DNA of 64,000 nt from Alphaproteobacteria bacterium (GTDB lineage: Bacteria; Pseudomonadota; Alphaproteobacteria; Bin95): contig CBDBGH010000003.1 of NCBI GenBank assembly GCA_965205265.1, forward strand, positions 4,256,001-4,320,000, read 5' to 3'. Within the stretch, counting starts at the first letter, position 1, and the number at the start of each line of letters is the position of its first letter. Below the pieces are notes generated by a model, which did no database searches, was not told where the DNA came from, and was given only the letters and a program-made list of their open reading frames with translations. This document shows, in pieces, positions 11,403-21,220 of this stretch. The position numbers and the translations under genes were made by a program.

Positions 11403-12188
11403 TCACGAACGCGGGCGGCCGGGGATGTGGTTGAAGATCGATTCCGCGAGGCCGCCGTCGGTCAGGATCACCTGCCCGGTGACATAGCGGGAATCGGGGC
11501 CGAGCAGGAAGGCGATGATGTCCGCGATATCCTCCGGCTGCGCCACCCGGCCCATCGGCACCAGAGCCTCGCGCGCCGCCTTCACCTCCGGGTCCGCATA
11601 CATCGCCTCGGTCATCATGGTGCGCACGAGGCCGGGCGAGACGCAGTTGACGCGGATGCCGTCCGCCGCCCATTCCTGCGCCATCTGCTTGGCGAGGATG
11701 ATGACGCCGGCCTTGCTGGCCGAATAGGCGCCCATGCCGCTATGCGGGTTCATGCCGGACATGGAGGCCGTGACGGCGATCGCGCCTCCAGTCTCCTTCA
11801 GATGCGGGTGCGCCGCCTTGCCGAGCAGCCAGGTCGCGCGGGTGTTGACGTTCATGGTGAGGTCCCATTCGTCGAGCCCGAGCGTCGCCAGCGGGGCGGG
11901 CGCGGCGAGACCGGCATTGGAGACGAGCGCGTCGATGCCGCCCATGGCGTCCGCCGCCGCCGCGACGAGGCGCGCGGGCTCCTCCGGGTCGCCGAGGTCG
12001 CCCATGAAGGGCGTGGCCTCCACCCCTTCCTCGCGCAACTCGGCGAGCAGGGCGTCGAGCTCGTCCTCATGCGCCCGGTCCACCGCGGCGATATGCGCCG
12101 GCCGGTTGCTGCGCCTAGCGTCCTGCGCGAGCCTCCGGCAGACCGCCCGCCCGATGCCGCGCGCCGCGCCCGTCACGATGGTCCTCAT
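11403..12188 (-). CDS. SDR-family oxidoreductase
   Basis: TGAARGIG, SNAG, YSASK, VNCVSPG. Confidence 0.9.
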   Translation of the reverse strand: MRTIVTGAARGIGRAVCRRLAQDARRSNRPAHIAAVDRAHEDELDALLAELREEGVEATPFMGDLGDPEEPARLVAAAADAMGGIDALVSNAGLAAPAPLATLGLDEWDLTMNVNTRATWLLGKAAHPHLKETGGAIAVTASMSGMNPHSGMGAYSASKAGVIILAKQMAQEWAADGIRVNCVSPGLVRTMMTEAMYADPEVKAAREALVPMGRVAQPEDIADIIAFLLGPDSRYVTGQVILTDGGLAESIFNHIPGRPRS

Positions 12189-12275
12189 CTGTCCCCGTGC
12201 CTCCCTTTTCCGGCCATGCTACATGAGCGGGCCCACCGCGCCAGCCCGGCAGCCCCGATTACGAGGTAAGACGAC

Positions 12276-13220
12276 ATGGCCGACCCCATCCACCACAGGG
12301 TCCTGATCCTCGGCTCCGGCCCCGCCGGCTACACGGCCGCCATCTATGCCGCGCGCGCCGCGCTCGGGCCCGGCCTCGTGCAGGGCATGGCGCCGGGCGG
12401 GCAGCTCACCATCACCACCGACGTGGAGAACTATCCGGGCTTCGCCGACGTGATCCAGGGGCCGTGGCTGATGGAGCAGATGGAGGCGCAGGCCCGGCAT
12501 GTCGGCACCGAGACCTATTTCGACATGATCGTGGAATGCGACTTCGAGGCCCGGCCGATGGTCTGCAGGGGCGACAGCGGGCAGGTCTATACGGCCGACG
12601 CGGTCGTGATCTCGACCGGGGCGGAGGCCAAGTGGCTCGGCCTGCCGAGCGAGGAGCGCTTCCGGGGCTTCGGCGTCTCCGCCTGCGCCACCTGCGACGG
12701 CTTCTTCTTCCGCGACCGCGAGGTGCTGGTGGTGGGCGGCGGCAACACGGCGGTCGAGGAGGCGCTCTACCTCACCAACCACGCCAGCAGGGTGTCGGTG
12801 GTGCACCGGCGCGACAGCCTGAGGGCGGAGAAGATCCTCCAGGAGCGGCTTTTCCGGAACGAGAAGATCGAGATGGTCTGGGACACGGTGCTGGAGGAGG
12901 TGCTGGGCGGGGGCGAGCCGGCGGGCGTGACCGGGGCGAAGCTGCGCCATGTGAAGACGGACGCCGTGACCGAGCGCGCCGTGGACGGCGTGTTCATCGC
13001 CATCGGCCACCGGCCCAATACGGACATCTTCCGCGGCCTGCTGGAGATGGACGGGGAAGGCTATCTCGTCACCCGCCCGGACAGCACCGTCACCTCCCTG
13101 CCGGGCGTGTTCGCGGCGGGCGATGTCAAGGACAAGGTCTTCCGCCAGGCCGTCACCGCCGCCGGCCTCGGCTGCATGGCGGCGCTCGAAGCCGAGAAAT
13201 ACCTGGCGGCGATGGAGTAG
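12276..13220 (+). CDS. trxB: Thioredoxin-disulfide reductase
   Basis: GSGPAGYTAA, CATCDG, GGGNTAVEEA, FAAGDV. Confidence 0.95.
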   Translation: MADPIHHRVLILGSGPAGYTAAIYAARAALGPGLVQGMAPGGQLTITTDVENYPGFADVIQGPWLMEQMEAQARHVGTETYFDMIVECDFEARPMVCRGDSGQVYTADAVVISTGAEAKWLGLPSEERFRGFGVSACATCDGFFFRDREVLVVGGGNTAVEEALYLTNHASRVSVVHRRDSLRAEKILQERLFRNEKIEMVWDTVLEEVLGGGEPAGVTGAKLRHVKTDAVTERAVDGVFIAIGHRPNTDIFRGLLEMDGEGYLVTRPDSTVTSLPGVFAAGDVKDKVFRQAVTAAGLGCMAALEAEKYLAAME

Positions 13221-13224
13221 CGAT

Positions 13225-14481
13225 ATGGCGACAGACAAACTCACGGTGAACGGCATTGAGTACCGCCGGCCGGCGCGGCCGCTGGTCGTGGTGTGCATCG
13301 ACGGCGGGGACCCGGCCTATATCGAGCACGGCCTGGAAGCGGGCTACCTCCCCAATATCGCCCGCTACATGCAGGACGGCTTCCACACGGTGGCGCAGGG
13401 CACCATGCCGAGCTTCACCTGCCCCAACAACATGTCCATCGTCACCGGCCGCCCGGCCTCGGTGCACGGCATTTCCGGCAATTTCTACCTCGACCGCGCG
13501 ACGAACGAGCCGGTGGTGATGACGGGGCCGGAACTGCTGGAGGTCAACTCGGTGATGAGCGAATTCTCGCGCAAGGGCCTGCGCGTCGCTTCCATCACCG
13601 CCAAGGACAAGCTCCGCCGCCAGCTCCAGAAGGGCATGGACCTCTCGGCCGGCTCGGTCAGCTTCTCCTCCCAGCATGCCGACCGCTGCACGATGGAGGA
13701 GAACGGCATCGAGGATGTGCTCGGCTTCGTCGGCCGGCCGCTGCCGGACATGTATTCGGCGGACCTCTCGCTGTTCGTGCTGGACGCCGGGCTGAAGCTG
13801 CTGGAAGAGCGCCGCCCGGACATGCTCTACCTCTCGCTCACCGACTATATCCAGCACGCCTATGCGCCGGGGCACCCGGAGGCCGACCGCTTCTATACGA
13901 AGATGGACAGGCGCTTCGGCGCCTTCGAGGAGCTGGGCGCAACCGTGGCGCTGACCGCCGACCACGGCATGAACGACAAGGCGGATGCGGACGGCGAGCC
14001 CTGCGTGGTCTGGCTGCAGGACATTCTGGACAGGGAGTTCGGCGCGGGGTCGAACATCGTCATCTGCCCGATCACCGACGCCTTTGTGGGCCATCACGGC
14101 TCGCTCGGCGGCTTCGTGCGCGTCTATTGCCGCGAGGGGCTGTCGGTCGAGCGGGCGGCCGAGGCCGTCGCGGATGCGCCGGGCGTGGAGCGGGTGCTCA
14201 CCCGCGATGCGGCGGCGCGGGAGCTCGACCTGCCTTACGGCCGCGAAGGGGACCTGGCGGTGCTGGCCGACATCCGCACCGTCATCGGGGCCCGCGAGGC
14301 GGACCACGACCTGAGCGGGCTCAAGGGCCACAGGCTGCGCACCCATGGCAGCCTGCACGAGGCCCATGTGCCGATCCTCCTGAGCCGCCCGGTGAGCGAC
14401 CACTACGCCCGCCGCGCCGAGGAAAGGCGCCTGCACAGCTACGAGGCGTTCGACTACGCGCTCAACGGCATCGTCGATTGA
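13225..14481 (+). CDS. phnA: Phosphonoacetate hydrolase (alkaline phosphatase superfamily)
   Basis: VVVCIDG, PSFTCPNNMSIVTG, AKDKLRR, YLSLTDYIQH, TADHGM, HGSLG, RTHG. Confidence 0.88.
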   Translation: MATDKLTVNGIEYRRPARPLVVVCIDGGDPAYIEHGLEAGYLPNIARYMQDGFHTVAQGTMPSFTCPNNMSIVTGRPASVHGISGNFYLDRATNEPVVMTGPELLEVNSVMSEFSRKGLRVASITAKDKLRRQLQKGMDLSAGSVSFSSQHADRCTMEENGIEDVLGFVGRPLPDMYSADLSLFVLDAGLKLLEERRPDMLYLSLTDYIQHAYAPGHPEADRFYTKMDRRFGAFEELGATVALTADHGMNDKADADGEPCVVWLQDILDREFGAGSNIVICPITDAFVGHHGSLGGFVRVYCREGLSVERAAEAVADAPGVERVLTRDAAARELDLPYGREGDLAVLADIRTVIGAREADHDLSGLKGHRLRTHGSLHEAHVPILLSRPVSDHYARRAEERRLHSYEAFDYALNGIVD

Positions 14482-14518
14482 TTATGGTTGGCTTTAACTC
14501 GTCAATGACAACGAGGAA

Positions 14519-15043
14519 ATGATGCATTATCGAGCAATTGGGAAAACAATATTCGTTTTCTTCGCAATATGTACCTTCTCCACTTTCAGTGTTGCTTCGA
14601 CAGATGTTCAGAAACGCTTTTGGGCATTGCAGAAGTCCGACCCCGAACTCTTTCGTCTAATTATGAGGTTAATCAAGAAGCCAGATGTACCTGGCGGATT
14701 TGATTTGAGAACTCGTTCTGCTGAATTAGATTGTCAAGAGAGTTATGGTCAAGGGTTTGACTCATGTAGTGCAGTTATAAGAGTCTCAATCACAAACTTT
14801 TCGGACTATCATGACAATCGGTCTGCGACTCTACAGGTGAAGTGCACAGCTGATCTACAAACAAAAAGAAAGGGTAGTTACATTCGCAGTAATACTACTG
14901 AAACCAAGACAGAAGACATTTATTCTTATGGAGGAGGAGATGTCCAAGAAAAAGTAGAGATAGAATTTTTGTTTAGTAGTTTTTCTCCCACCACTTCTGC
15001 AAAAATCACAGATGTAAAATGTGAGATTGTTAGCATTTATTGA
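14519..15043 (+). CDS. AT-rich hypothetical secreted protein
   Basis: 174-aa ORF filling a sharply low-GC patch; N-terminal signal-like peptide; four Cys in the mature part. Confidence 0.65.
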   Translation: MMHYRAIGKTIFVFFAICTFSTFSVASTDVQKRFWALQKSDPELFRLIMRLIKKPDVPGGFDLRTRSAELDCQESYGQGFDSCSAVIRVSITNFSDYHDNRSATLQVKCTADLQTKRKGSYIRSNTTETKTEDIYSYGGGDVQEKVEIEFLFSSFSPTTSAKITDVKCEIVSIY

Positions 15044-15087
15044 TGAAGAATGAGCCTTCGCACCGAGCTGAACCGGTCGAGGACCGG

Positions 15088-15110
15088 CCCGGATCGCAGT
15101 CCGGGGCGAC
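15088..15110. repeat. REP-like hairpin
   Basis: CCCGGA-TCGCAG-TCCGGG-GCGAC; similar to the copy at about 25484-25507. Confidence 0.55.
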
Positions 15111-15126
15111 ACTTTGGGCCGCGGCC

Positions 15127-15723
15127 TCAGGCGCGGGTAGCCGCCAGCCACTCGCCGATCCGCGCTTCCGGGTCGGGGTTGAGCGTGATGTCGGTGACGG
15201 CGGAGAGGATGTCGGCGCCGGCCTCCAGCACGCCGGGCGCGCGCTCTACCGTCAGCCCGCCGATGGCGACCAGCGGCAGCGCGCCGACGCGCCGCTTCCA
15301 TTCGCCGACCCGCCCGAGCCCCTGCGGGCCGAAGCGCATCGCCTTCAGGATGGTCGGATAGACCGGCCCGAGCGCCACATAGTCGGGCTCGGTCGCCAGC
15401 GCCCGGTCGAGCTCGCCCGCGTCATGCGTGCTGACGCCGAGGCTGAGGCCGGCAGCCCGGACGGCGTCAAGGTCCGCCCCGTCCAGGTCTTCCTGGCCGA
15501 GATGGACGAAATCGCAGCCCTCCTCGATGGCGAGCCGCCAGTAGTCGTTGACGACGAGCCGGCAGTCATGCGCCGCGCAGACCGTCTTCGCCCGGCGGAT
15601 TTCGGCGCGCAGCTCCGTCTCCGGCCTGTCCTTGATGCGCAATTGCACGAGCCGGATGCCGAGCGGCACCAGCCGTTCCAGCCATGCCGCGCTGTCGAAG
15701 ATCGGGTAGAAGCGGTCAAGCAT
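15127..15723 (-). CDS. thiE: Thiamine-phosphate synthase
   Basis: [39 protein letters not shown]. Confidence 0.92.
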   Translation of the reverse strand: MLDRFYPIFDSAAWLERLVPLGIRLVQLRIKDRPETELRAEIRRAKTVCAAHDCRLVVNDYWRLAIEEGCDFVHLGQEDLDGADLDAVRAAGLSLGVSTHDAGELDRALATEPDYVALGPVYPTILKAMRFGPQGLGRVGEWKRRVGALPLVAIGGLTVERAPGVLEAGADILSAVTDITLNPDPEARIGEWLAATRA

Positions 15724-16492
15724 CGCCGAGCACGGCGCGGCCGATCACGGGCGTGGAGGGCTCGGCCATGTCGCGCGGCTCCATCGGATCGGCCTGCCAC
15801 GCCGCGCGGCCGGCCGCCACCGCCTGCGCGAAGGCCGCCGCCATCTTCGCCGGGTCGCCCGCGCGCGCGACGGCGGTGTTCAGCAGCACGGCGTCGTAGC
15901 CGAGCTCCATCGCCGCGGCCGCATGGCTCGGCAGGCCGATGCCGGCGTCCACCACCAGCGGCACATCGGGGAAATGGGCCCGCATGGCGCGCAGCGCGAA
16001 GACGTTGTTGAGGCCGCGCCCACTGCCGATCGGCGCGCCCCAGGGCATCAGCACCTCGCAACCGGCCTGCAGCAGCCGCTCCGCCACCACAAGGTCCTCG
16101 GTCGTGTAGGGGAACACCTTGAAGCCGGAGTCGGTGAGGATGCGCGCCGCCTCCACCAGCCCGAACACGTCCGGCTGGAGCGTGTCGTCCTCGCCGATCA
16201 CCTCCAGCTTGATCCAGTCGGTCTCGAACACCTCGCGGGCCATTTCCGCCGTCGTCACCGCCTCGCGGACGCTGTGGCAGCCGGCGGTGTTGGGCAGCAC
16301 GCGCACGCCGAGCGAGCGGATCAGCTCCCAGAAGCCCTGGCCCGCCCGCGCCGCGCCGGATTCGCGCCGGAGCGACACCGTGACGACATCCACGCCGGAC
16401 GCGCGGATCGCCTCGCCCAGCACCGCCGGGGAGGGATATTGCGCCGTGCCGAGGAACAGGCGCGAAGCGGGCTCGAAGCCGTAGAAATCCAA
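15716..16492 (-). CDS. thiG: Thiazole synthase
   Basis: [34 protein letters not shown]. Confidence 0.93.
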   Translation of the reverse strand: MDFYGFEPASRLFLGTAQYPSPAVLGEAIRASGVDVVTVSLRRESGAARAGQGFWELIRSLGVRVLPNTAGCHSVREAVTTAEMAREVFETDWIKLEVIGEDDTLQPDVFGLVEAARILTDSGFKVFPYTTEDLVVAERLLQAGCEVLMPWGAPIGSGRGLNNVFALRAMRAHFPDVPLVVDAGIGLPSHAAAAMELGYDAVLLNTAVARAGDPAKMAAAFAQAVAAGRAAWQADPMEPRDMAEPSTPVIGRAVLGDA

Positions 16493-16498
16493 GGCCGG

Positions 16499-16702
16499 TC
16501 AGCCTCCCTGCATCGGCGCCACGACCTCCACCGCGTCGCCGTCGGAAAGCGGCGTCGCCGCCCTCAACCCCTTCGGCAGGAAGGTGCCGTTGAGCGCCGT
16601 CGCCACCACGGCCCCGTTATAGCCCTTTTCGTCCAGAAGGTCGGCAAGCGTTGCGGTTTCCGTGGCTGTCGGCTCGCCGTTGAGATCGATGCTGACCGTC
16701 AT
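16499..16702 (-). CDS. thiS: Sulfur carrier protein
   Basis: 67 aa ending in MQGG; lies between thiO and thiG. Confidence 0.92.
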   Translation of the reverse strand: MTVSIDLNGEPTATETATLADLLDEKGYNGAVVATALNGTFLPKGLRAATPLSDGDAVEVVAPMQGG

Positions 16703-17664
16703 GTCTGCGCTCCGTCGCCGAACACGATGTCCGCCGCCCTGGCCGCCATGGCAGGGGCGAGCAGAAAACCGTGGCGGTAGAGGCCGTTTACATGGAGCCG
16801 CCGGCCGTCGCGGACAACCCGGGGCAGGTTGTCGGGGAAGGCCGGGCGCGCATCGGTGCCGATCTCGGCGACCTCCGCCTCGCCGAAGGCGGGGTGGAGC
16901 GCATAGACGGCGCTCAGCAGCTCCACCATGGAGCGCGCCGTGATCCGCCGCCTTTCATCGTTCTCGATGGTGGTCGCGCCCAGCATGTACATGCCGTCGC
17001 CGCGCGGCACCAGGTAGATCGGGATGCGGGGATGGATGAGGCGGATCGTCCGCGTCAGCCCGACTTCCGGGCTCAGTATGTAGAGCATCTCGCCCTTCAC
17101 GCCGCGCAGCTCCGGCAGGTCGCCGGCCGCGGCGAGCCCCCGGCAATCGACGGTCCACTCGGCCTCGGGCGCGGCCTCCTCGCCCCAGCGCAGCTCGACG
17201 CCCACCGCCGCCAGCCTGTCCACCAGCGCGGCAAGCGCCCGGCGCGGGTCCAGATGGGCCTCCTCGCGGAAGAACAGCGCGCGCTCGAACCGCCCTTCCA
17301 GCGCCGGCTCGAGGTCGTCGATGCCCTCCCGGTCGAGCCAGTCGAAATTCTCCGTGCGCCGGGCGAAGCGCCGGAGTTCGCCGCTGTCGCGGGCCGGCGC
17401 GATCACCAGGCTGCCGCGCCGGACCACGCCGGGCACCCGCGCGGCCCAGAACTCCGCCGCCCCCTGGCCCAGCGCCACCACCTCCGCCTCGGCGTTCTCC
17501 CGCTCGCACCAGGGCGCCAGCATGCCGCCGGCATACCAGGAGCACTGGTCGGGCCCGAGGCCGGGGCTGCGGTCCACCACCGCGACCTCCGCCCCGCGCT
17601 CGGCCAGCACGGTCGCGACGGTCAGGCCCGCAACGCCTGCGCCGATGACCGCGACGCTCGTCAT
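16699..17664 (-). CDS. thiO: Glycine oxidase
   Basis: VIGAGVAG, SWYAGGMLAP, RPAFPDNLP, NGLYRHGFLLAP; start at ATG 17664. Confidence 0.9.
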   Translation of the reverse strand: MTSVAVIGAGVAGLTVATVLAERGAEVAVVDRSPGLGPDQCSWYAGGMLAPWCERENAEAEVVALGQGAAEFWAARVPGVVRRGSLVIAPARDSGELRRFARRTENFDWLDREGIDDLEPALEGRFERALFFREEAHLDPRRALAALVDRLAAVGVELRWGEEAAPEAEWTVDCRGLAAAGDLPELRGVKGEMLYILSPEVGLTRTIRLIHPRIPIYLVPRGDGMYMLGATTIENDERRRITARSMVELLSAVYALHPAFGEAEVAEIGTDARPAFPDNLPRVVRDGRRLHVNGLYRHGFLLAPAMAARAADIVFGDGAQT

Positions 17665-18827
17665 GCTGCGCGGTATCTCGCTGCGAAGGCCTCGTCGATG
17701 GTGACGCCGAGGCCCGGCCGGTCCGGGATTTCCAGCATCCCGTCCACGACGGTGAAGTCCTCCACCGCAAGCTCGTGCAGCATCGGGTTGGCGCCGAGCG
17801 AGTATTCCACGATGAAGCCGCTGGTGGCCGCCGCCAGCACCTGCAGGCCGGCGGCGAAGGTGCAGGCACCGCCCCAGAGATGCGGGGCGAAGCGGATCTG
17901 GTGGGCCGCCGCCAGCGCCTCGATGCGGATGGCCTCGGTGATGCCGCCGGCGATGGAGAGGTCCGGCTGGAAGATGTCCGCCGCGTGGAGCATTGCGAGG
18001 TCGCGGAAGGCGAAGCGGGTGAACTCGCTCTCGCCGCTCGCGATGGGAATGTCGGTGGACGCCCGCACTTCCGCCTGGCCCGCCTTGTCGTCGGCGGTCA
18101 CCGGCTCCTCCAGCCAGCCGATATGGCAGTCCGCGACCGCGCGGCAGAAGCGCTTCGCCTCCGCCACGGTGAAGGTGCCGTGGGCATCGCAGAGAATGTC
18201 GATATCGGAGCCGAGACCCGCCCGCGCCGCCTGCACCCGCTCGATAGAGTGGGCAAGTGTGCCGTCGCCGGAGCCGACGCGCATCTTCACCGCCTTGAAG
18301 CCGCCCCGGTCGAGGAAGCCCTGCAGCTCGGCGACGATGCCCGCGGTCGGCGCCCAGCCCCCCGAGGCGTAGGCCGGCATCGCGGCATGGCGGCGCCCGC
18401 CGATCAGCTGCCAGACCGGCCGGCCGAGCTCCTTGCCGAGAATGTCCCAGAGCGCCATGTCGATGCCGGAAATCGCCGAGACCGTAAGCCCGCGACGGCC
18501 GAGCACCGGGAAGACATGGCCGCGCGCAATCGCGTAATGCGCCCGGCTGCCGTTGTACATCACGTCCCAGAGGCGGGAGATGTCGCGCGGGTCCTCGCCG
18601 GCCAGCAGCGGCCCGAGCTCCTGTTCGACGCAGGCCGCGAGCGCGCGGTTGTTGCCCGCGGAGCCGACCGCCGCCTTGGCCTCGCCGAAGCCGGTAATGC
18701 CGGCGTCCGTCTCGATGCGCACGAGGGTCGAGTCGAAGGCGCGCGTCACGCCGAAATCGCTCCGGTGCCGGCGTTCCTCCGGAATCGGCACATGCAGCCA
18801 GTCCGCCCGCACCCCGGTGATCTTCAT
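17661..18827 (-). CDS. Mandelate racemase/muconate lactonizing enzyme (enolase superfamily)
   Basis: GIDMALWD, KxR motif KMR, DAH, WLEEP, GESE, QPD, PH. Confidence 0.88.
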   Translation of the reverse strand: MKITGVRADWLHVPIPEERRHRSDFGVTRAFDSTLVRIETDAGITGFGEAKAAVGSAGNNRALAACVEQELGPLLAGEDPRDISRLWDVMYNGSRAHYAIARGHVFPVLGRRGLTVSAISGIDMALWDILGKELGRPVWQLIGGRRHAAMPAYASGGWAPTAGIVAELQGFLDRGGFKAVKMRVGSGDGTLAHSIERVQAARAGLGSDIDILCDAHGTFTVAEAKRFCRAVADCHIGWLEEPVTADDKAGQAEVRASTDIPIASGESEFTRFAFRDLAMLHAADIFQPDLSIAGGITEAIRIEALAAAHQIRFAPHLWGGACTFAAGLQVLAAATSGFIVEYSLGANPMLHELAVEDFTVVDGMLEIPDRPGLGVTIDEAFAARYRAA

Positions 18828-20209
18828 GCCTTCGCCCTTCCGGTCTCCGCCGCATAGGTTTCGCAGAGCGCGGCTGCTTCGTCGAGTGTCTCCGCCGCGC
18901 CGAACACATAGCGGTCGGGCCTGAGCAGGGCCGCCGCAAGGCCGTGCGCGCCGAGCCAGTCGGCTCCGGCCGCGACCGCCGGGACGCCGAAACTCTCCAC
19001 CGCCGCCGGCTCGCGCAGCAGCAGCACCGGGGAGAGGCCCACCGCATCGTCGAGCCGCCGCCCGTCGGCGAGGCGCGGCTGCGGCCCCGGACGGCCGGCA
19101 AGCGCGCCTTCGCCCCGGTGCAGCCCCGGTCCGAGGCGCGGGCGGATCGATTCCATCCGGTCCGTGCTCTCGCCCCGCGCGGCGGCGGCGCTCACCATGT
19201 CCTCCGTGCCGGTCGCATTCAGCAGCCGCCCCATTCTCACCGCAAGCTCAACATAGTCGCGCACATGGGGCATGCGCTCGCTAGCATAGCTGTCGAGCAG
19301 GGACTCCGGCGCACCGCCCCGCAGGACGGCCGCGAGCTTCCAGGCGAGGTTGGCGGCGTCGCGGATGCCGGCGCACATGCCCTGGCCCATGAAGGGCGGT
19401 GTCTGGTGCGCGGCGTCGCCGGCGATGAACAGGCGGCCCCGCCGCCAGCGCCGCGCGACCGTGGCGTGGAAGGTGTAGATGACGGCGCGCTCGATCTCCG
19501 CGTCCTCGGGGCCGATCCAGCGGGTCAGCAGCCGCCAGACCGTCTCCGGATCGGCCTCCTCGCCCTCCTCCACCCGGATTTCCCAGCGCCGGCGGTTGCC
19601 GGTGGTGCGCACATAGGTCGCGGGCCTCACGGGGTCGCAGAACTGGCGCGTGTAGTCGCCGAGGTCGGGGCGCGGGCGCTTCAGAACCAGGTCGATCACC
19701 AGCCAGCGCTCGTGGAAACCCAGGTCCTCGCTCCCTCCGCCTATGGCGTCGCGGACGCCCGACCGCGCCCCGTCGCAGCCGACGACATAGCGCGCATCCA
19801 GCGCTTCCGGATCCCCGACCTCATGCCCGAGCCGCACCCGGACCCCGGGGAAGCGTTCGAGGCCGGCGCGCAAGACGCCCTCCAGCGTCGGCTGGTGGAA
19901 GCGGTAGCTCTCATGCCAGCCCTGCGGCCCCTCTTCCATCCGCCGCGACCAGTCGAGCATGACCCGCCCCTCGCGGTCCACGAACAGCGTGCCGGGCGAG
20001 ACATGCGTGCCCGCCGCGATCTCTTCGGCGAGGCCGGCCGCCTGGAAGACGCGCATGACCTCGTCGTCGAAATGCACCGCGCGGGGGAGCGCATAGGCCG
20101 CACGGTCGCGCTCGAAGACCTCGACCCTGAGCCCGAGGCGGCCCAGCAGGTTGGCGAGCGTGGCGCCCACGGGCCCCAGTCCGACGATGGCGATGTCTCT
20201 GCTGGCCAT
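18824..20209 (-). CDS. FAD-dependent aromatic hydroxylase (3-(3-hydroxyphenyl)propionate hydroxylase MhpA-like)
   Basis: IVGLGPVG, LPRAVHFDDE, GCDGARS, AGDAAHQTPPFMGQGMCAGIRDAANLAWKL. Confidence 0.85.
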   Translation of the reverse strand: MASRDIAIVGLGPVGATLANLLGRLGLRVEVFERDRAAYALPRAVHFDDEVMRVFQAAGLAEEIAAGTHVSPGTLFVDREGRVMLDWSRRMEEGPQGWHESYRFHQPTLEGVLRAGLERFPGVRVRLGHEVGDPEALDARYVVGCDGARSGVRDAIGGGSEDLGFHERWLVIDLVLKRPRPDLGDYTRQFCDPVRPATYVRTTGNRRRWEIRVEEGEEADPETVWRLLTRWIGPEDAEIERAVIYTFHATVARRWRRGRLFIAGDAAHQTPPFMGQGMCAGIRDAANLAWKLAAVLRGGAPESLLDSYASERMPHVRDYVELAVRMGRLLNATGTEDMVSAAAARGESTDRMESIRPRLGPGLHRGEGALAGRPGPQPRLADGRRLDDAVGLSPVLLLREPAAVESFGVPAVAAGADWLGAHGLAAALLRPDRYVFGAAETLDEAAALCETYAAETGRAKA

Positions 20210-20273
20210 GCTTGTCCGGCGGCGGCGGGAGCGGCAGACTCGCACGAGTCCCCGCCTGAGGAGAAGCCGAGGA

Positions 20274-21137
20274 ATGGCGAAGCTGCGCGACATGATTGCC
20301 GGCCCGGAGCCCGTGCTGGCGCCGCTGGTGCTGAACCCGCTGATGGCAAAGCTGGCGGAGAATGCCGGCTTTCGCGCGCTCTATCTCGGCGGCGGCGCGA
20401 CCGGCTATCTGAAAATCTATCTGGAAGCCACGCTGACGGTCACCGAAATGTGCCAGGCGGCCATCGAGATCGGCGCAGCGACGCCGCTGCCGCTCATCTT
20501 CGACGCCGCCGCCGGCTTCGGCGACCCGATGCACATGCGCCGCACCATCGCCATGAGCGAGACGGCCGGCTTCCAGGCCATCGAGATCGAGGACCAGTGG
20601 CTGCCGAAGCGCGCCCACCACCATATCGGGCTGGAGCATATGGTGGAGAAGGAGATCATGGCGGCGAAGGTCGCCGAAGCGGTCCGGGCCCGGCGCAGCG
20701 ACGACCTGCTGATCGTCGCGCGCACCAACGCCGTGCGCGCCTCGAACATGGACGATGCACTCGCCCGCGTCGAAGCCTACCGGGCCGCCGGCGCGGACCT
20801 GCTGCTGCTCTCGCCGCGCAATGCGGAGGAAGCGCGCTTCATCGCCGAGCGCCTCGGCGGGCCGCTCATGTATCTCGCCAGCCCCGGCGGCATGGCCGAT
20901 ATCGGCCTGAGCGCGCAGGAGATGGCCGACATGGGCTGGAAGATCATCGCCGACCCGCAGACGCAATTCCTCGCCCTCTATGAGAGGTCCAAGGCGCTCT
21001 ACCGGGAAATGGCGGCGTCTTTCTCCTCCGCCGCCCATTCGCCCGAAGGCTGGCGCGCGCTCCAGGACGAACTGCATGACGACATCGGCCTCGAAGTACT
21101 GCTCGACATCGAGCGGCGCACGGTGGAGACGGGGTAG
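20274..21137 (+). CDS. Isocitrate lyase/PEP mutase family enzyme
   Basis: PLIFDAAAGFG, IEDQ..PKR, IVART. Confidence 0.82.
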   Translation: MAKLRDMIAGPEPVLAPLVLNPLMAKLAENAGFRALYLGGGATGYLKIYLEATLTVTEMCQAAIEIGAATPLPLIFDAAAGFGDPMHMRRTIAMSETAGFQAIEIEDQWLPKRAHHHIGLEHMVEKEIMAAKVAEAVRARRSDDLLIVARTNAVRASNMDDALARVEAYRAAGADLLLLSPRNAEEARFIAERLGGPLMYLASPGGMADIGLSAQEMADMGWKIIADPQTQFLALYERSKALYREMAASFSSAAHSPEGWRALQDELHDDIGLEVLLDIERRTVETG

Positions 21138-21220
21138 CGGCAGGCTGCCGGGTGTCTTCGGAATCTAGGCCAATTCAAAATCCAATTTTCAATTAGCCTG
21201 AAATCGGCTAAGCTCCCGCC

